63,879 bases of DNA, filler included, from Lama guanicoe (GCA_013239625.1; 186 parts of 186 records of this genome joined end to end with filler, not necessarily neighbours in it); one strand, 5' to 3'; positions 1-11,719 are shown, numbered from the whole stretch's first letter. Translations and numbers: made by a program. Notes: generated by a model from the sequence alone, not told the origin.

Positions 1-165
1 TACCCATGCCCTCGATGGCTCCAACACCCCTTTTCTTGTGACTCCGCGTGCATGGGGCCCCAGGAGCCACTCCACGTTCCCCGAAAGACTTGGAGAACAC
101 ACAGCGCTCACCGCTCCGCTCCTCTCCGGCGTACGTCCTCTCTGGAAGCCACTGGAATAAGGCAG

Positions 166-191
166 GGCCCGCCCCAGGAAGTGGGCGTGGC
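166..191 (+). promoter_or_regulatory. GC box + ETS + Sp/KLF motif cluster in a CpG-rich contig (candidate promoter fragment)
   Basis: GGCCCGCCCC, CAGGAAGT and GGGCGTGGC are contiguous in a CpG-rich contig. Motif match only. Confidence 0.35.
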
Positions 192-2752
192 CACCGCGCC
201 CGCTCCAAGGACCCCGGGTCAGGCTGCCCTCTGCGCCGCCTGAANNNNNNNNNNNNNNNNNNNNNNNNNNNNNNNNNNNNNNNNNNNNTTAATTAATTAA
301 NNNNNNNNNNNNNNNNNNNNNNNNNNNNNNNNNNNNNNNNNNNNGGTCCCGGGCACCGAAATGGTGACGTTGGAGTGCCTGCCCTTGCCAAAGTCCGCCG
401 TCGCCTCCTTGGACCACCACCGACGCGACTGCTCTGGCCACAGCAGCAGTATATCGAGCCTGGCCTGGGCTGGTGGCCTGGGATGTTTCTAGTCCGTGTC
501 AGGTTCAGGACGGACTTTGGGTCCAGGTTGCTGTTTCTGGTCTGTGTCTTGGCCTCCCGTCTGGCTGGCTGGCTGTAGGGCAGGCTGGNNNNNNNNNNNN
601 NNNNNNNNNNNNNNNNNNNNNNNNNNNNNNNNTTAATTAATTAANNNNNNNNNNNNNNNNNNNNNNNNNNNNNNNNNNNNNNNNNNNNTGACAGTCAAAA
701 ATGTCTATAGACACTGCCACACATCTCCTATGGGTCAATATGCAGGAATGATGACATTAATCTAAGAGTGAATTGATGAGGTTATGAACTAGAGCTGTGT
801 GCCAAGGAATAACTAGAAACAGAGGCACTAAAGGCAATATGAGGAGTTGGAGCAAGAGTAATGGCAGTAGAAGTAGCACTTACTGGACACTCATAATATT
901 ACTTCTCACAGAACCCTTTGAAATCATGGCTANNNNNNNNNNNNNNNNNNNNNNNNNNNNNNNNNNNNNNNNNNNNTTAATTAATTAANNNNNNNNNNNN
1001 NNNNNNNNNNNNNNNNNNNNNNNNNNNNNNNNGTTTTGCTTTTTAATGAAAGGAATTTTACATCTTCAAAAATTTAATCTTCACGATAATCCTAAGAGGT
1101 CATTATTAACTCCATTTGACAGAGAAGCAAGCAGACGTTCAGGGAGGGAACAGGACCTGCAGGGGAAGTGAGAGGCAGGGCCCCATCAGGATGGGTCCTG
1201 TCCACACCTAAGGCCGAAGGTCTTTCTGCTACAAAATGAAGGGGTCCCTTTAAGAGGCAGTTCAGAGGCTGAGATGNNNNNNNNNNNNNNNNNNNNNNNN
1301 NNNNNNNNNNNNNNNNNNNNTTAATTAATTAANNNNNNNNNNNNNNNNNNNNNNNNNNNNNNNNNNNNNNNNNNNNGTAACAACACCTGAAAGAAATTTG
1401 CTTTCCAACTCAAACGTCCTTGGGGCGATATCCTGGAAAGAAAACAAACTGAAATTTAAAAATCTGGATTTAAATCCTTGTTCTGCTTACTTGCTAGCTG
1501 CGTACCTGGCAGGAAGTTACTATATTTCTCTGAATCTGGGTTTTCTCCACTGTAAAATGGGCTGTTTTGAGACTAGATGGAGTAACAGTCGTGAAGTGCC
1601 AGGCCTTCCCGTAAGCACCCNNNNNNNNNNNNNNNNNNNNNNNNNNNNNNNNNNNNNNNNNNNNTTAATTAATTAANNNNNNNNNNNNNNNNNNNNNNNN
1701 NNNNNNNNNNNNNNNNNNNNACTAGGGACACAGGGAAATAGCACAGCACTCTACGGGCACTGGGCCATGGAGAAACTGACTACAGCACCATCCTCGGAAC
1801 CGAATGAAATGAACACGTCTAATATGATGCCTTCTCGGCAGTGATTTTCCCTGAAAGAGACAATGGCTTGTGTCAGACATGCTAAGAACATAAGGATGGT
1901 GCATCTTTGGTAGAGAACGTTGCTGAGTAAATCATGTATAAAATTGCCCGGAAGCAAAAGTTGTNNNNNNNNNNNNNNNNNNNNNNNNNNNNNNNNNNNN
2001 NNNNNNNNTTAATTAATTAANNNNNNNNNNNNNNNNNNNNNNNNNNNNNNNNNNNNNNNNNNNNAAAAAAAACACGTTAAGCATATCAGCCTATAGTACC
2101 AACATCATGATTAATTTAGAAATGTTTGCTTCTCCATGCTTTGTAAACATACTTTATACGCTATTCAAGTATGGAAGCCACAAACAGTTAACATGAATAG
2201 CAGAGGAACAATTCCACTGATGAAGTTCCGAGGTGAAAACCATGGGTTGTGTCCTCCTATAGATTTTAATATGAAACTCTTTTCACAGTTAGGGGAGTTC
2301 CACTGAAANNNNNNNNNNNNNNNNNNNNNNNNNNNNNNNNNNNNNNNNNNNNTTAATTAATTAANNNNNNNNNNNNNNNNNNNNNNNNNNNNNNNNNNNN
2401 NNNNNNNNCCCCCAAATCTGTCAGTGATGTTCTACCTTTTCTTGAATTAACTCAAACACCCTTAAACCAGTCCTATCTTTCTAACTACAACAGCCACCTC
2501 CCATTTACCTATCCCACCAACACCTGCAGACAGAGGCGAGGCATTTTCTTGTCGACACTGGGATGGCCAAGACTGTGTCATATTCATTATTTTAACCCTC
2601 ATGGTATTTAGTGTAGTGTCATTCCTGAAAAGGGGGTTCAAGAAATGCCTCTNNNNNNNNNNNNNNNNNNNNNNNNNNNNNNNNNNNNNNNNNNNNTTAA
2701 TTAATTAANNNNNNNNNNNNNNNNNNNNNNNNNNNNNNNNNNNNNNNNNNNN

Positions 2753-2940
2753 TGGACCTGGAGATTGTCATTCTAAGTGAAGTAAGCCAGAAAGAAATAG
2801 AAAAATGCCATATGATATCACTTATATGTGGAATCTTTTAAAAAGGACACAAATAAACTTATCTACAAAACAGAAACAGACACAGACATACAGAACAAAC
2901 TTATGGTTACCAGGGAGTAAATGGGGTGGGAAGGGAATTC
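2753..2940 (+). mobile_element. LINE-1 ORF2 C-terminus and 3' UTR fragment
   Basis: TGGACCTGGAGATTGTCATTCTAAGTGAAGTAAGCCAG...CATATGATATCACTTATATGTGGAATC...AAACTTATGGTTACCAGGG; homologous to the contig at 46780. Confidence 0.9.
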
Positions 2941-3829
2941 AAAATTTGCACCTCTTGGGGAGTGATGGAAATGCTAGCTGTCTTGATTGTGGTGGNNNNN
3001 NNNNNNNNNNNNNNNNNNNNNNNNNNNNNNNNNNNNNNNTTAATTAATTAANNNNNNNNNNNNNNNNNNNNNNNNNNNNNNNNNNNNNNNNNNNNAAAAA
3101 GCAAAAACAAAAACAACCTGATTACCTCTCCCTGCAAAACAAAAACAAAAAACCCTCCAAAAGCAAAGAATTCAGTAAATGATAGTTACTAATATTGTTA
3201 CTATTATTGTGTGTGCAACAGGGGGAGAAGCAATGAATGGCATTTCAGGTACAGCGTGGTCAGCTGCATTATTTGTAGGATCCAGTGCAGAGTGAGAATG
3301 TAAGGCTGGGCCTGAGAATTCATTCTCTTCTTCCCATGGNNNNNNNNNNNNNNNNNNNNNNNNNNNNNNNNNNNNNNNNNNNNTTAATTAATTAANNNNN
3401 NNNNNNNNNNNNNNNNNNNNNNNNNNNNNNNNNNNNNNNCCTTCCCAAGTCCCCTGCCTCCAGCCCCAGTCTATTACTCACATTACTGGATTAACACAGC
3501 ACTAGGCACTGTTTGGTCACCTGAAGTCTGAGGAGATCATCCCTGCCCCCGTAGGTCTTACCACCTAGCTGGAGAGTCACAGAAAAGGAAAGAACAATAG
3601 ATAACAACACGTAATTAAGCACCATGTGACATGCTGCATGCCATCCACGCTAGGGGCTCCAACTGCGGCTCTGGACTCCAGGGNNNNNNNNNNNNNNNNN
3701 NNNNNNNNNNNNNNNNNNNNNNNNNNNTTAATTAATTAANNNNNNNNNNNNNNNNNNNNNNNNNNNNNNNNNNNNNNNNNNNNTTCAGCAGCATTGGTGG
3801 CCAACAGGTCTGCACAGAGTGCCTCTCTG

Positions 3830-4010
3830 AGACTTGCCTTTGGCTGTAGAGAGCTGCCTTCCTCAAGATCACACCCTCTTCTCTGGGGACAGCTCACACC
3901 TAGTGACTGGTTATATAGACCAATAAGGGCCTGTTCCCTCTTCCTCAACTCGGATAGTTCTAAAGGAGTGCCCCAGCCCCAGAGCACCTCATAGGATTAG
4001 TCTGGGGGCA
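3830..4010. mobile_element. Ancient ERVL LTR fragment (LTR16-like)
   Basis: AGAGCTGCCTTCCTCAAGATCACACCCTCTTC...CCTCAACTCGGATAGTTCTAAAGG...CCCCAGAGC resembles the recalled LTR16 consensus. Confidence 0.5.
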
Positions 4011-4840
4011 CTAGGATGTCCCCTCTGNNNNNNNNNNNNNNNNNNNNNNNNNNNNNNNNNNNNNNNNNNNNTTAATTAATTAANNNNNNNNNNNNNNNNN
4101 NNNNNNNNNNNNNNNNNNNNNNNNNNNCTCTCATGGCTCTAAAAAGGGAGAGTTGCTTTTCTCTGATTTCCTAATAAATCCAAAGCAAAAAAGAAAGGGT
4201 TGCCATGGAATTTTATAGTTAAAAAGCATTTCAAATGTTATGCAGTCCATTTCAAGGATAACGAACATTTAATGACTTGTCCAGTGTAACACAGTGGAGC
4301 ACAGAGCAGAGCCTAGAATCCAGGGTTTCCAGTTCTTAATCAATAGTCTTCTCTCCTGTAAGAGTTCTCATNNNNNNNNNNNNNNNNNNNNNNNNNNNNN
4401 NNNNNNNNNNNNNNNTTAATTAATTAANNNNNNNNNNNNNNNNNNNNNNNNNNNNNNNNNNNNNNNNNNNNCTCGCTTACTCCCCTAGCTGAGGGTGGGC
4501 TGGCTCCTAAAATGGGGTGGGAGTGGGGTGGATGGGTGGGTTGGGTGGACGGGTGGTCCTAGGGGTCTGCCCTCCACTTTGGTGGAGCGAGTGCACAGAT
4601 CTCACCTGGCACCTGCCTTTGCTCCTGGCATCTCAGAAGTGGCAGTTGGGTTTGGCCTTTTTGTGCCTTGTTCATAATTTGCCCCAACTGCACATACATG
4701 TGGTTATTTTCAGTCNNNNNNNNNNNNNNNNNNNNNNNNNNNNNNNNNNNNNNNNNNNNTTAATTAATTAANNNNNNNNNNNNNNNNNNNNNNNNNNNNN
4801 NNNNNNNNNNNNNNNGACAACATGAAGGAAAATAAAACTA

Positions 4841-5029
4841 CAGTTGATCCTTGAACAACACAGGGGTTAACCTGTGTGTAGCTTACAGTCGGCCCTCTGT
4901 ATCCATGGTTACTCTGCTTGTGTAGATTCAACCAGCCACAGACTATGTAGTCCTGTACTATTTACTGTTGAAATATATCCACATATAAGCGGACCCACAG
5001 TCCAAGCCAATGCGTTCTAGGGTCAGCTG
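4841..5029 (+). mobile_element. Apparently complete Tigger2-family MITE (TcMar DNA transposon)
   Basis: TA|CAGTTGATCCTTGAACAACA at the left end and a degenerate inverted repeat GTTCTAGGGTCAGCTG|TG at the right end. Confidence 0.8.
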
Positions 5030-5159
5030 TGTGTAGTATACCACATAACACACTATCTGNNNNNNNNNNNNNNNNNNNNNNNNNNNNNNNNNNNNNNNNN
5101 NNNTTAATTAATTAANNNNNNNNNNNNNNNNNNNNNNNNNNNNNNNNNNNNNNNNNNNN

Positions 5160-5319
5160 AAACTAAAAATAGACTTACCATGCGATCCAGCCATCCCACT
5201 CCTGGGCATACAGCCAGAGGAACTCTAGTTTGGAAAGATGACGCTCACCCCAGTGTGCGCAGCAGCACTGTTGACAACAGCCAAGACATGGAGGCAACTC
5301 AACGTCCACGACAGACGAC
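5160..5319 (+). mobile_element. LINE-1 ORF2 3' fragment, degenerate
   Basis: AAACTAAAAATAGACTTACCATGCGATCCAGCCATCCCACTCCTGGGCATA...GCCAAGACATGGA. Confidence 0.85.
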
Positions 5320-5503
5320 ATGTTGTCTTTTGCTATTTGTCTCTACCATCAGCCCTCATTACAGGGGTTCCACTTTCCTTGCCTCTCCCATGGCCACAAC
5401 TCCNNNNNNNNNNNNNNNNNNNNNNNNNNNNNNNNNNNNNNNNNNNNTTAATTAATTAANNNNNNNNNNNNNNNNNNNNNNNNNNNNNNNNNNNNNNNNN
5501 NNN

Positions 5504-5610
5504 GTAGCTCTCACCCTCCTGCACATGGGAAGCATCTGGGAGCTTTTAAAAAATAGTGCACCCCAGCACCACCTCCATTGTTCTTATTTTACTGGCCTGG
5601 ATTGGGGCCT
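5504..5610. mobile_element. MER5-like hAT-Charlie MITE fragment
   Basis: GCATCTGGGAGCTTTTAAAAAATAGTGCACCCCAGC...GGCCTGGATTGGGGCC resembles the MER5 family. Confidence 0.55.
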
Positions 5611-5641
5611 TTGTGCTGTTTTTTGTTTTTAAATACTTCTT

Positions 5642-5747
5642 TCTTTTTTGTTGTTGGAGGGGTAATTAGGTTTATTTATTTTAATGAAGGTACTGAGAAT
5701 TGAACCCAGGACCTCATGCATGTTAAGCACATGCTCTACCACTGAGC
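5642..5747 (-). mobile_element. Camelid Vic-1-like tRNA-derived SINE
   Basis: Minus strand: GCTCAGTGGTAGAGC (A box)...GAGGTCCTGGGTTCAATTCTCAGTACC (B box), then AAAATAAATAAACCTAATTACCCCTCC and an A-rich tail. Confidence 0.8.
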
Positions 5748-6930
5748 NNNNNNNNNNNNNNNNNNNNNNNNNNNNNNNNNNNNNNNNNNNNTTAATTAAT
5801 TAANNNNNNNNNNNNNNNNNNNNNNNNNNNNNNNNNNNNNNNNNNNNATAGTTTCCTGGTAATCCATAAATTAGGGTTTTAAAATAGTCCTTGGCCTATT
5901 ATGATCTTCTTATAAAACTTTAAAAATTGGAATTATGTATTATAAAAATATATTATCTCAAGTGAAAAATGTTATCCTTTCCTTAATGTGTTTGTGCCTT
6001 TATATATCTTCAGTTCAGGCACTTTGTTTAAAAAAAAAAAAAAACTTGTTAGCTATGTATGACAAAGGGTGAGTTCTATAAAGAGCTCTTANNNNNNNNN
6101 NNNNNNNNNNNNNNNNNNNNNNNNNNNNNNNNNNNTTAATTAATTAANNNNNNNNNNNNNNNNNNNNNNNNNNNNNNNNNNNNNNNNNNNNGGTAGAATA
6201 ACCAGTTATATTTGGGCTACACCATTTCCCAAACAGCCATATGGTCAAGGAAGGTATCTCCACCCAAACAAAAGGATGTATCTTGATAGTCCACCATTCA
6301 TGGTCACCCCATTTCCCTTGCTAGTGATTGGTTTGGCCAATGAGGCATGAGGATACATATGATGGGGACGGGGGCTTCCAGGAAACTGATGACATCAGAT
6401 GCCAAGGAAGATGTGCTCTCTTCCTTCACCTTAAGNNNNNNNNNNNNNNNNNNNNNNNNNNNNNNNNNNNNNNNNNNNNTTAATTAATTAANNNNNNNNN
6501 NNNNNNNNNNNNNNNNNNNNNNNNNNNNNNNNNNNAGATATTAATGGCAGAAAAGCACATAACAGCATAATCTTAGTTTACTAATATCAGAAGCAACAGA
6601 TAAGAGAAAAACATTATACTGATATTGAAAAGAAAAAGTAGTAAGAAATCTTTATCTTAATAAAAGCATTTTCTATGTATCACAAGAGTTATACATAGTT
6701 TTAGTATTCTTGATTATTTACATTCTCAATAGTTCATTTAATTCCTAAGTATAATTTTTACATTTTATTTTTTCCAAATNNNNNNNNNNNNNNNNNNNNN
6801 NNNNNNNNNNNNNNNNNNNNNNNTTAATTAATTAANNNNNNNNNNNNNNNNNNNNNNNNNNNNNNNNNNNNNNNNNNNNACCAACAAGTCTCTTGTTCTG
6901 ATCAGCACAGTCATCCCCGAAGTACATCCG

Positions 6931-7052
6931 CTGGGATGTAGTCGGGCGTTTCAGGGTAGGATCCATTCGGTTTCTTTGACGTGCCTTTACTTTTCTGTTC
7001 TGGCCGCCACGTGCGTGTGCCTGTGTGGTCTGGAGACGGGCCCGGGTGAGGC
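6931..7052 (+). promoter_or_regulatory. CpG-rich candidate promoter/first exon with ZNF143-like motif, CRE half-site and possible 5' splice donor
   Basis: CTGGGATGTAGTC (reverse ACTACATCCCAG) at 6931, TGACGTG near 6977 and CGG|GTGAGG near 7046. Confidence 0.35.
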
Positions 7053-7223
7053 GCGGGGCACCCTGCGAGCTGCCTGCACTGTGGAGTGGCGCGCCGGTGC
7101 TCCCCGGCAGGCCGGGTGCAGAANNNNNNNNNNNNNNNNNNNNNNNNNNNNNNNNNNNNNNNNNNNNTTAATTAATTAANNNNNNNNNNNNNNNNNNNNN
7201 NNNNNNNNNNNNNNNNNNNNNNN

Positions 7224-7465
7224 GAGAAATGCTTCCCACACTCATCGCACTCGATGGCCTTCTCTGCCTTGCCGGTCAGCTTGTGGCTCTCCAGGTGGTT
7301 GTGTAAACTTATCTTCTTGTTCGTAGTGTAATCACAGTCTGTACAGTGGTACTTCTTCTTTGTAAGGTGTTCAGGATGGTTTTTCATGTGTCTTTTCAAA
7401 AAACCTCGTGACTTAAATTTTTTCCCACAAATCATGCAAGGATAGACAGTCAAGGGATGTCCATC
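7224..7465 (-). CDS. ZFY: ZFX/ZFY terminal zinc-finger exon fragment (first C2H2 fingers); ZFY favoured but not proven
   Basis: Open frame [80 protein letters not shown], nearly identical to ZFX/ZFY. The family call is strong. The X/Y call rests on KKYH versus KKYR, recalled from the human proteins. Confidence 0.85.
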
Positions 7466-7567
7466 AGNNNNNNNNNNNNNNNNNNNNNNNNNNNNNNNNN
7501 NNNNNNNNNNNTTAATTAATTAANNNNNNNNNNNNNNNNNNNNNNNNNNNNNNNNNNNNNNNNNNNN

Positions 7568-7810
7568 AAAAGACAAATGAACTTCTTTACAAAACAGAAA
7601 CAGACTCACAGACATATTTTTATGATGGGGAAGGGAAGGAAGTAGGAAAAGATAAATTGGAAGTTTGAAATTTGCAAATACTAACTATCATATACAAAAT
7701 AGGTAAATGACAAGGTCCTGCTGTATTGCACAGGAAACTATATTCATTATCTTGTAATATGTATAATGAAAAAGAATATGAAAATGAATATATGTATGTA
7801 TATATATGAC
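7568..7810 (+). mobile_element. LINE-1 3' UTR fragment
   Basis: GACAAATGAACTT...ACAAAACAGAAACAGACTCACAGACAT...CAAGGTCCTGCTGTATTGCACAGGAAACTATATTCA. Confidence 0.9.
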
Positions 7811-9630
7811 NNNNNNNNNNNNNNNNNNNNNNNNNNNNNNNNNNNNNNNNNNNNTTAATTAATTAANNNNNNNNNNNNNNNNNNNNNNNNNNNNNNNNNN
7901 NNNNNNNNNNTATTGTCTATAAATAAATATGTGTAGTCACATTTTACGTCTTGCTAGTTTTTAGGTTAAGTGTGTTTAATTCTTATAAACTACCTAAGCC
8001 ATGATGCTCACCCACCAACCCCTGCCACGTAGTCCACGTGTCTGTTTTTGCATTATCTTTCCTGAATGTGTGTATGTTTCCTGCTGATGCATGTGATGAC
8101 TGCCCTCTCTTCCCTTCTGCACCTTCCAGTCAATGAATTATCTTCATTGATGCTNNNNNNNNNNNNNNNNNNNNNNNNNNNNNNNNNNNNNNNNNNNNTT
8201 AATTAATTAANNNNNNNNNNNNNNNNNNNNNNNNNNNNNNNNNNNNNNNNNNNNCCTATGTGAAGTCCCAGACAGGAGGATGGCGAGAAGTGAGTTCTTC
8301 TCAACTTGACTTCTGGGGGAGGGACTGAATAAGGCCCTTCACACAACGCAAGACACCCCACCACAGAGGCAGAGAGTTGTATTTCAGGCGAAAAACTGAC
8401 ACGTGTCCACTGCTGTTAATGTGGGGAAATGGAACTTCTGCAAATCTAGTTGGTTTCAGTTCTGCCTACTGAGAAGATTGAACTTCAGGTTGACATAGNN
8501 NNNNNNNNNNNNNNNNNNNNNNNNNNNNNNNNNNNNNNNNNNTTAATTAATTAANNNNNNNNNNNNNNNNNNNNNNNNNNNNNNNNNNNNNNNNNNNNTT
8601 GTAAATTGCATTTCAGTTAAATGGAAATAGAAGGCTGTTCTTGTGGGCGGGGAAAAGCATGTAGTCGATAAAAGTTAAAAGTGTTCAATGTGCCATTCAG
8701 AAATGCATCATCATTCTGGAAACTGACTCACATGAACTGTGACTGCAGCAAAGAATAACTTATATGTGGGTCCAAGAGAGAGAAAGGATGAATGTTTGGA
8801 GACTAATTCATAATCACAGCTTTTGGATCACCACAGACGACTNNNNNNNNNNNNNNNNNNNNNNNNNNNNNNNNNNNNNNNNNNNNTTAATTAATTAANN
8901 NNNNNNNNNNNNNNNNNNNNNNNNNNNNNNNNNNNNNNNNNNAAAATCTAAGCAGATTTTTAAGAAGAGTTAACCAAACTGGAGTCAAAGGGCAGAAATC
9001 AGGAACTAAGATTATAATAGATAGGAAATTAGGAAGCCCTCAAAATACCTAATGTGTGTATTAACTCTCTGGGTAGTTCTGTTGGATGCACATCTATTTT
9101 TCTCTCGGATTTTCCAGTGGACTATGACTACAGCAGAATAGAAATCAACATTGTACAGTGACATGGACTATAACTCCTAAGACTTTNNNNNNNNNNNNNN
9201 NNNNNNNNNNNNNNNNNNNNNNNNNNNNNNTTAATTAATTAANNNNNNNNNNNNNNNNNNNNNNNNNNNNNNNNNNNNNNNNNNNNCCTCAAGCATGTGT
9301 ATCTCTTTCCTTCTCTACCCAAAGTCTTTCTCTGGCATTCTAGGAACTTGCTCATCCCAATGTCAGGAGAAGTCTGTGAATGATTTAACACATCACCACC
9401 CCACCACACCCCATGTCCAGGAAGTAACCCTCAATCAAGGAGGAATTGGAGTCAATCGATAAATATCGTATATCTAAGATCTCTCTGCCTAACCCTAAGA
9501 ATTTAAGAATTTCTCCTTGGTTTTCCTCTANNNNNNNNNNNNNNNNNNNNNNNNNNNNNNNNNNNNNNNNNNNNTTAATTAATTAANNNNNNNNNNNNNN
9601 NNNNNNNNNNNNNNNNNNNNNNNNNNNNNN

Positions 9631-9771
9631 TTTTTTTTTTTGGCTCATGAATTTTTTTGTTTGTCATGGAAATGTAAGAAGGGAATATTAATACATTTCA
9701 ATTTAGTTCTGTAATGTCAGGAATTTTTCAAAAAAATTTAAAGATGACTGGAGCTAAATAAATATATAAAT
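9631..9771 (+). pseudogene. PCBP2: 3' end of a processed pseudogene of PCBP2 (3' UTR plus decayed poly(A))
   Basis: T-run-GGCTCATGAATTTT...GTTTGTCATGGAAATGTAAGA...TTAGTTCTGTAATGTCAGGAATTTTTCAAAAAAATT..AAGATGACTGGAGCT matches the recalled PCBP2 3' UTR. It then switches to A-rich AAATAAATATATAAAT and unrelated flank. Confidence 0.6.
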
Positions 9772-10377
9772 ACATTCATTCTAATCAATGCTCCCTGACT
9801 TGCTACCTTTGTAATCCTGAACAAGTTCTGAACAAGTTTATTAACTGCTCTGCTGTGGGTGTGGTAGAATAAAGNNNNNNNNNNNNNNNNNNNNNNNNNN
9901 NNNNNNNNNNNNNNNNNNTTAATTAATTAANNNNNNNNNNNNNNNNNNNNNNNNNNNNNNNNNNNNNNNNNNNNCAGAAATAAAAAATGAAGAAAGGCAA
10001 AAGCTAAAATCTCATACAATGGACACTTTATAGCATATTTCCCCTCATTTATTCTTGCTTCCTCCATACAAATATTTTAAAATTACATCACTATACGTGT
10101 ATTCATTTACCACAACTCATCCTTTTTATTATATCCAGAAGTTGTTTGTAAACAAATTTTTAACAATTTAGCCTTATCAAATTTGCTTCTGCATTTATGT
10201 CTTAATGTTGATGAGGTTNNNNNNNNNNNNNNNNNNNNNNNNNNNNNNNNNNNNNNNNNNNNTTAATTAATTAANNNNNNNNNNNNNNNNNNNNNNNNNN
10301 NNNNNNNNNNNNNNNNNNAGAGAAAGAGAATAAAGTAGTATCTATTTAAAAGTTAGTCGTTATTAATATTGAAGACA

Positions 10378-10562
10378 TCAAAAGGTACAAACTTCCAGTT
10401 ATAGGATAAATATATCCTGGAGATACAATGTACATCATGATGACTATAGTTAACAATACTAACATATAAATATATGTCATCATATATTTGAAGGTTGCTA
10501 AGAGTAGATCTTAAAAATTGTCACTACGAGAAAACAAAATGTGTAACTATGTGTGGTGATGG
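10378..10562 (+). mobile_element. L1MA-type 3' end
   Basis: AAAGGTACAAACTTCCAGTTATAGGATAAAT...GACTATAGTTAACAATACT...GTAACTATGTGTGGTGATGG. Confidence 0.8.
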
Positions 10563-10662
10563 NNNNNNNNNNNNNNNNNNNNNNNNNNNNNNNNNNNNNN
10601 NNNNNNTTAATTAATTAANNNNNNNNNNNNNNNNNNNNNNNNNNNNNNNNNNNNNNNNNNNN

Positions 10663-11250
10663 CATCAAGCAGTTGTGTGATTTGCATAAATTCACACAGC
10701 TGCTAAGTGGTGGAAATATGTATTTTGATGGCAGAGTCTGTGTCCTTAATATGACCTCCTTTTAAAGGCATATCATCATACGTCTATAGGATAAATGTTT
10801 CATTGCTTTTCTTTAATAAGCTAACCAATAAACAAAATGATCATTGATTTATGATTATTTTTCTTTACCTGTAATACCATTCATAATAATTTTTATTATT
10901 TGTTTCNNNNNNNNNNNNNNNNNNNNNNNNNNNNNNNNNNNNNNNNNNNNTTAATTAATTAANNNNNNNNNNNNNNNNNNNNNNNNNNNNNNNNNNNNNN
11001 NNNNNNCATCAAGCAGTTGTGTGATTTGCATAAATTCACACAGCTGCTAAGTGGTAGAAATATGTATTTTGACGGCAGAGTCTGTGTCCTAAATATGACC
11101 TCCTTTTAAAGGCATATCATCATACGTCTATAGGATAAGTGTTTCATTGCTTTTCTTTAATAAGCTAACCAACAAACAAAATGATCATTGATTTATGATT
11201 GTTTTTCTTTACCTGTAATACCATTCATAATAATTTTTATTATTTGTTTC
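10663..11250 (+). repeat. Two near-identical contigs (10663-10906 and 11007-11250): assembly bubble pair
   Basis: Same start and end; 6 substitutions in 244 bp; no indels. Confidence 0.95.
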
Positions 11251-11719
11251 NNNNNNNNNNNNNNNNNNNNNNNNNNNNNNNNNNNNNNNNNNNNTTAATT
11301 AATTAANNNNNNNNNNNNNNNNNNNNNNNNNNNNNNNNNNNNNNNNNNNNACAAAGAACCCCCCAAAACAGAACACACCACAGGTTACCAAGTTCTCTGG
11401 CTCAGTCTCAAGGATACTAGGTAGGATTAATGAGGCAAGCTGTGTTATTTTGTAAATAAAGTACCTAAACTAGAAAGAAGTTAAGGAACGTGAGTAGAAT
11501 TATGCATCTTTGAAATAGCATATTTTTCAAAAACAGAGGCATCAACTTCCCAGGACTGAGACTCAGTCATTGGATTTCACTTACTCTAGAAATTNNNNNN
11601 NNNNNNNNNNNNNNNNNNNNNNNNNNNNNNNNNNNNNNTTAATTAATTAANNNNNNNNNNNNNNNNNNNNNNNNNNNNNNNNNNNNNNNNNNNNAGAACC
11701 AAATAATAAAATGATAATA

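Noticed and set aside
345..588. CpG-rich contig with stop-free frames on both strands; considered as exon or rDNA spacer
   Set aside because: No recognisable protein and no rDNA promoter or terminator motif; open frames are expected in GC-rich DNA.
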